Below, in pieces: positions 6,589 to 10,142 of a DNA stretch of 10,142 nucleotides. The first letter of the stretch is position 1; each line of letters begins with the position of its first letter. The stretch comes from a virus (Duplodnaviria; Heunggongvirae; Uroviricota; Caudoviricetes). The notes under the pieces are model-generated. The model saw only the letters and a program-made list of their open reading frames with translations. It made no database searches and was not told the origin of the DNA. The stretch lies in the IMG/VR virus record IMGVR_UViG_2671180673_000014. The stretch is one strand, 5' to 3'. The translations under genes and the position numbers were made by a program.

Positions 6589-7093
6589 ACAGGCTCGTGA
6601 GGCTCTGGATGCCTGGATATGTCGACCAGGAATGACACAGGAGCAGGCGACGATATTAATCACTGAAGCATTCTGGGCTTTGAAAGAGCGCCCGAACATC
6701 GATGTTCAGCGTGTCACATATGAAGGTGGCGCGATTGATCAGCGAGCGCTTGGCGTTAATCGAGTGAAGATATTTGAACGCTGGAAGGCTATCGACACCA
6801 GGGATAAGCGTGAAAAGTTCACGGCGCTAGTGCCTGCAATTATGGAGGCTATCCGGATTAATGATTTCAGGTTGTATCGTGAAATTACTGACGGAAAAAG
6901 CATCACGTGCATGATCGCCGGGTTAAACAAAGAATATGGCGATGTGGTGGAGTCCGGACTGCTTTTTGCTGATCCTGCCGTAGTGGATCGTGAAACTGAC
7001 GAACTTATAGAAAAAGCAATTGCTTTCAAACTTGCGTATCGACAGCAATACCAACAAAAAGCTGGATGGAATTATGAGCCTTCTTTTTGCTGA
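6572..7093 (+). CDS. YdaT-like protein, putative CII functional analogue (173 aa)
   Basis: Position immediately after the Cro-like gene, overlapping the dicC 3' end by 17 bp. The segment DKREKFTALVPAIMEAIRINDFRL resembles the corresponding motif of Rac YdaT as I recall it. The family assignment is tentative. Confidence 0.5.
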   Translation: MKITPEQAREALDAWICRPGMTQEQATILITEAFWALKERPNIDVQRVTYEGGAIDQRALGVNRVKIFERWKAIDTRDKREKFTALVPAIMEAIRINDFRLYREITDGKSITCMIAGLNKEYGDVVESGLLFADPAVVDRETDELIEKAIAFKLAYRQQYQQKAGWNYEPSFC

Positions 7094-8039
7094 ACGCCCA
7101 CTGGTTATAAACACGCAGCTGGCAATGAAAATTGGCTTAAACGAAGCCATTGTTTTGCAACAACTGCACTACTGGTTGAGAGATACCAACTCCGGCATGG
7201 AATGTGATGGTGTTCGCTGGATTTATAACACAACGGAACAATGGCTGGAACAGTTCCCATTCTGGTCAGAGTCAACGTTAAAGCGCGCGTTTGCAAGTCT
7301 GAAAACGCTGGGGCTTTTGCGTTGTGAAAAGCTCAATAAATCAAAGCGCGATATGACCAATTTCTACACGATCAACTATGGGAGCGAGCTTTTAGATGGT
7401 GGCAAATTGAGCGAATCCATCGGTTCAAAATGCGCCGCTCCATCAGGTCAAAATGACACGATGGAAGAGGTCAAAATGAAACGCTCCATTGGTTCAAAAC
7501 GACCCAATGTCATCGGGTCAAAATGGCCTGATGATCTTACAGAGAATACAACAGAGATTACTACAGAGAATAAAAACACTTTTCGTCCGGAAGCTTCGCA
7601 ACCGGACCCGCAGACGACTGAACAGGATTTTTTAACCCGGAACTCCGACGCGGTTGTGTTTAGTGCGAAAAAACGCCAGTGGGGTAGCAGGGAGGATTTG
7701 GCGTGTGCGCAGTGGATCTGGGGGCGGATCGTGGGTCTCTACGAACAGGCAGCCAGTGATGATGGCGAGATCATGCGACCAAAAGAGCCTAACTGGACTG
7801 CCTGGGCCAATGACGTGCGCACAATGCGGATGCTGGATGGCAGAAGCCACAGACAAATTTGCGAAATGTTTGGTCGGGTTCAGCGAGATCCATTCTGGGT
7901 AAAAAACATCATGAGCCCGTCAAAGCTCCGCGAAAAATGGGACGAACTGGTCATCCGCCTGGGACGTTCACCTGTACAGCGTTGTGTTAATCATATTTCT
8001 GAACCGGATACAGAAATTCCGCCTGGTTTCAGAGGATAA
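7074..8039 (+). CDS. Phage replication initiator (O-like) with N-terminal winged-helix region, iteron-encoding linker and DnaT-like C-terminal domain (321 aa from ATG at 7074; the track ORF starts on TTG at 7020)
   Basis: The C-terminus SEPDTEIPPGFRG closely parallels the C-terminal tail of E. coli primosomal protein DnaT as I recall it (SEPDSQIPPGFRG). The N-terminal region is helix-rich (LAMKIGLNEAIVLQQLHYWL). Five direct repeats lie inside the gene. Confidence 0.75.
   Translation: MSLLFAERPLVINTQLAMKIGLNEAIVLQQLHYWLRDTNSGMECDGVRWIYNTTEQWLEQFPFWSESTLKRAFASLKTLGLLRCEKLNKSKRDMTNFYTINYGSELLDGGKLSESIGSKCAAPSGQNDTMEEVKMKRSIGSKRPNVIGSKWPDDLTENTTEITTENKNTFRPEASQPDPQTTEQDFLTRNSDAVVFSAKKRQWGSREDLACAQWIWGRIVGLYEQAASDDGEIMRPKEPNWTAWANDVRTMRMLDGRSHRQICEMFGRVQRDPFWVKNIMSPSKLREKWDELVIRLGRSPVQRCVNHISEPDTEIPPGFRG
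7416..7525 (+). repeat. Five direct repeats (iterons) at 23-24-bp periodicity, putative replication origin inside the initiator gene
   Basis: R1 7416-7432 tccatcggttcaaaatg; R2 7439-7455 tccatcaggtcaaaatg; R3 7462-7478 tggaagaggtcaaaatg; R4 7485-7501 tccattggttcaaaacg; R5 7509-7525 gtcatcgggtcaaaatg. Analogous to lambda ori iterons within gene O. Confidence 0.6.
7538..7578 (+). repeat. Three tandem ~12-bp A-rich repeats (ACAGAGA-A/T-TA) flanking the iterons
   Basis: tacagagaataca / acagagattact / acagagaataaaaaca, directly downstream of the iterons, where an A+T-rich unwinding region would be expected. They encode the repetitive linker TENTTEITTENKN. Confidence 0.4.
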
Positions 8040-8079
8040 GTGTTGATTTCAGGTCATGAGGTAATTTTAAGGGGGACTT

Positions 8080-8502
8080 GTGGCAAAAGTTTTTACACAA
8101 GAAGAGCGGGAAAAAATTAAATGGCAGGTGGTGGAACTCGTGCGCCAGAGCGGCCGTGAGACGTTACGGCAACTGGAAGCTAAAACAGGTGCGACTAGAT
8201 ATCTGATGAGCGTTCTTGCCAGAGAGCTGGTAGCCAGTGGCGATGTATACAACTCCGGCTACGGGTTATTCCCCTCTGAACAGGCGCGTAAGGACTGGCA
8301 AAACGCCCGCAAAAAACTCTCGAGGGCAAAGGTGAAGAAACCTGCTGTGGTTGATCCGGACCTTATCTGGTCATCACCTGACGGAGAAATACGTCGCTAC
8401 GACAGTCGCCTAAACATAATCTGTCGCGAGTGCCGGAAGAGCGAAGTTATGCAGCGCATACTGGCTTTCTATCAGGGTAATTTTCAGGACGTGGCGCAGT
8501 GA
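8080..8502 (+). CDS. Hypothetical protein (140 aa, GTG start) with a possible helix-turn-helix segment
   Basis: GTG at 8080 is preceded by AAGGGGG. The segment RETLRQLEAKTGATRYLMSVLARELV looks HTH-like. Its TGA stop (8500-8502) overlaps the GTG start of the next gene (8499-8501). Confidence 0.55.
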   Translation: MAKVFTQEEREKIKWQVVELVRQSGRETLRQLEAKTGATRYLMSVLARELVASGDVYNSGYGLFPSEQARKDWQNARKKLSRAKVKKPAVVDPDLIWSSPDGEIRRYDSRLNIICRECRKSEVMQRILAFYQGNFQDVAQ

Positions 8503-8945
8503 GTGCACCGGCAACCATTCTTGATATGTGCTGTGGCAGCCGCATGTTCTGGTTCGATAAGTCTGACGAACGGGCGATATTCAGCGATATCAGAAAAGAA
8601 GGATACACATTACGCAATGGGAGACGCTTGATTATCAGCCCTGACATTATCGCAGATTTTCGTGCATTATCATTTGCAGACGCATCTTTTTCGATGGTTG
8701 TATTAGACCCTCCGCATCTTGAGAGTGTTGGTGATAACGCCTGGATGGGAAAGAAATATGGACGGCTGAATAAAGATGCCTGGCGTGATGATTCGCGACA
8801 GAGATTTAAAGAAGCCTTTCGGGTGTTGAGGCCGCACGGCGTTCTGATTTTTTAATGGAATGAAACGCAAATACCGGTAAGCCAGATTCTGGCACTGACA
8901 GACAGAAAACCTGTTATCTGTCAACGAACAGGGAAAAAACGATAA
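8499..8945 (+). pseudogene. Small SAM-dependent (DNA) methyltransferase interrupted by an in-frame TAA at 8853-8855; the frame continues for 29 codons to TAA at 8943-8945
   Basis: The translation carries motif I-like ILDMCCGSR and motif IV-like VVLDPPHL. After the ochre codon the same frame reads WNETQIPVSQILALTDRKPVICQRTGKKR. TTT-TAA-TGG is one substitution from TTT-AAA-TGG. Confidence 0.5.
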
Positions 8946-9117
8946 AACCCACTGGATTATTTTTATGAAAGAGGCATCCAGTGAGTAGATTCGTAAGGCT
9001 ACAGATACGTATATCTGAATAATTAAATTCAGTTCTGTAAATAAAATTTAATCCTTAACCGGATGGATTTCCGCACCCTCAGAACATCAGGAGGCCGCCC
9101 GAAAGGGCGGTAGTGAA

Positions 9118-9228
9118 ATGCGAAAGTTCAAAATTATTATTGAAACGGGAATAGCTGGTGGAGATTTTGAGGATGTATTCGAAGTGGACGATGACGCAAC
9201 ACCTGAGGAAATTCATGACGGAGCATAA
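9118..9228 (+). other. Short acidic ORF (36 aa, MRKFKIIIETGIAGGDFEDVFEVDDDATPEEIHDGA) behind an SD-hairpin-ATG arrangement
   Basis: AGGAGG at 9089-9094 is followed by the perfect hairpin CCGCCC-GAAA-GGGCGG (9095-9110), then ATG at 9118. Looping out the hairpin would bring the SD to about 7 nt from the start. The ORF is too short for a confident coding call. Confidence 0.25.
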
Positions 9229-9277
9229 GAAATTTTCTTTAACTACTGCAATTACTCATACCACGAAATAAAAGACG

Positions 9278-9469
9278 ATGAGGAAGAACAAAGTGGCTGA
9301 TTTTTGTTCAGCTAAATATAACATCAGTTTTGAAGAGCGGGATGAACTATTAATGGACTATGGTGAGTTACGCGGTGGAAGTGCTGCTGATGTCGAATCC
9401 TAGCGTGATGACTATGAAGCGGGAAAAACTCCGGTCGAAGCATATTGTGATGAGTGGGGCGATGAATGA
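9278..9469 (+). pseudogene. Small acidic ORF interrupted by an in-frame amber codon (TAG at 9401-9403); 63 codons if read through
   Basis: MRKNKVADFCSAKYNISFEERDELLMDYGELRGGSAADVES-(TAG)-RDDYEAGKTPVEAYCDEWGDE. The terminal TGA (9467-9469) overlaps the ATG of the next ORF (9466-9468) as ATGA, typical phage gene packing. Confidence 0.3.
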
Positions 9470-9753
9470 GCGAGATTAATTATCAGGAAGGGCATGAAAC
9501 GGCGGGGCAAGCAAAACCAGTGGCATGGCGATATCGCTACGTGAAAAAAGGCGTTACGGACTTTCAGGGGAAGTAGTGGTCTGGTGACTGGAAATATGTA
9601 CCGAAAAAAGAGGATTGTAACGACAGGCCGAACTATCAAATTCAGGCCTTATTCACTGCCTCACCAGTCCCAGTTACATCAGAAGAACTGGTTAAAGCTG
9701 TGCACTTTTATGAACAACTAAAACGCGAAAATCCACCAACATCCGGCAACTAG
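9466..9753 (+). pseudogene. Phage-like ORF interrupted by an in-frame amber codon (TAG at 9574-9576); 95 codons if read through
   Basis: MSEINYQEGHETAGQAKPVAWRYRYVKKGVTDFQGK-(TAG)-WSGDWKYVPKKEDCNDRPNYQIQALFTASPVPVTSEELVKAVHFYEQLKRENPPTSGN. The post-amber portion stays open for 58 codons in the same frame. Confidence 0.35.
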
Positions 9754-9892
9754 ATTAATGGATTAACTATGTCGGTTAAACGACCAGCCAACTGAAAAAG
9801 CGGAAACCTGATTACAGGTTGCCAGATAAGGCAATGAGCTACCTGGCGCGGAACGGACTGATAAGTATGGGGAATGTTTTACGATGAACCTT

Positions 9893-10142
9893 TAGACTGG
9901 ATTTGCCCCTATATTTCCAGACATCTGTTATCACTTAACCCATTACAAGCCCGCTGCCGCAGATATTCCCGTGGCGAGCGATAACCCAGCGCACTATGCG
10001 GATGCCATTCGTTATAATGCTCGAACGCCTCTGCAAGGTTCTTTGCTGCCGTTAACCCGTCTGGTTTGGGCATGATACTGATGTAGTCACGCTTTATCGT
10101 TTTCACGAAGCTCTCTGCTATTCCGTTACTCTCCGGACTCCG
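9893..10142 (-). mobile_element. Right end of an IS2 (IS3-family) insertion sequence, continuing beyond the window
   Basis: The terminal sequence tagactggatttgcccctatatttccagacatctgttatcacttaaccc matches the IS2 right inverted repeat as I recall it; the exact boundary is uncertain between 9893 and 9898. The adjacent minus-strand frame encodes the InsD C-terminus. Confidence 0.8.
9909..10142 (-). CDS. insD: IS2 transposase OrfB (InsD), C-terminal part only; the N-terminus lies outside the window
   Basis: The minus-strand frame, open to the window edge, reads [77 protein letters not shown]. This is the end of the IS3-family integrase-core (rve) domain, with the HSALGY box. Stop TAG at 9909-9911. 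Confidence 0.8.

Noticed and set aside
7020-7073. TTG start at 7020 for the replication initiator
   Set aside because: It would overlap the preceding gene by 74 bp; the in-frame ATG at 7074 is more economical, though the start remains uncertain.
6484-7296. Minus-strand ORFs 6484-6699, 6739-7029, 6923-7150, 7105-7296
   Set aside because: Antisense to the dicC, YdaT-like and initiator genes; no supporting signals.
7416-7578. CRISPR array interpretation of the direct repeats
   Set aside because: The repeats are 17 bp at about 23-bp periodicity with no unique spacers, lie inside a CDS, and no cas genes are present; iterons fit better.
7632-9639. ORFs 7632-7856 (-), 7654-7902 (+), 8067-8252 (-), 8447-8647 (-), 8703-8924 (-), 9412-9639 (-)
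   Set aside because: Antisense or alternative-frame overlaps of better-supported genes; the 9412-9639 product is a low-complexity hydrophobic string antisense to the amber-interrupted ORFs.

Overview
The window reads as the early (integration, immunity, replication) half of a Qin/Kim-type cryptic lambdoid prophage from an E. coli/Shigella-like genome, bounded on the left by an integrase and on the right by the end of an IS2 copy. I did not find an unambiguous new system; everything major is explained by this known prophage architecture. The best leads are the intact ExoVIII-like DEDDh exonuclease, the iteron origin inside the replication gene, and the right-arm block of nonsense-interrupted genes. 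All identifications rest on reading the translations and DNA directly and on my recall of K-12 Qin sequences (DicA, DicC, DicB, DicF, YdfA-D, IS2 InsD); no database search or folding calculation was possible. Left to right: a tyrosine integrase and Xis-like gene (minus strand); a leftward PL-like operon driven by a DicA-controlled promoter (ydfA, ydfB, ydfC, DicF sRNA, dicB, ydfD, then an 823-aa ExoVIII-like protein); the divergent dicA/dicC repressor-Cro switch with three 14-bp operator palindromes; a YdaT-like CII analogue; an O-like replication initiator with an internal iteron origin and DnaT-like C-terminus; a hypothetical protein coupled to a small methyltransferase carrying an in-frame ochre codon; short acidic ORFs interrupted by in-frame amber codons; and the IS2 right end with the InsD C-terminus. 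Six ambiguous bases (n) cluster in the dicB-DicF-ydfC segment.
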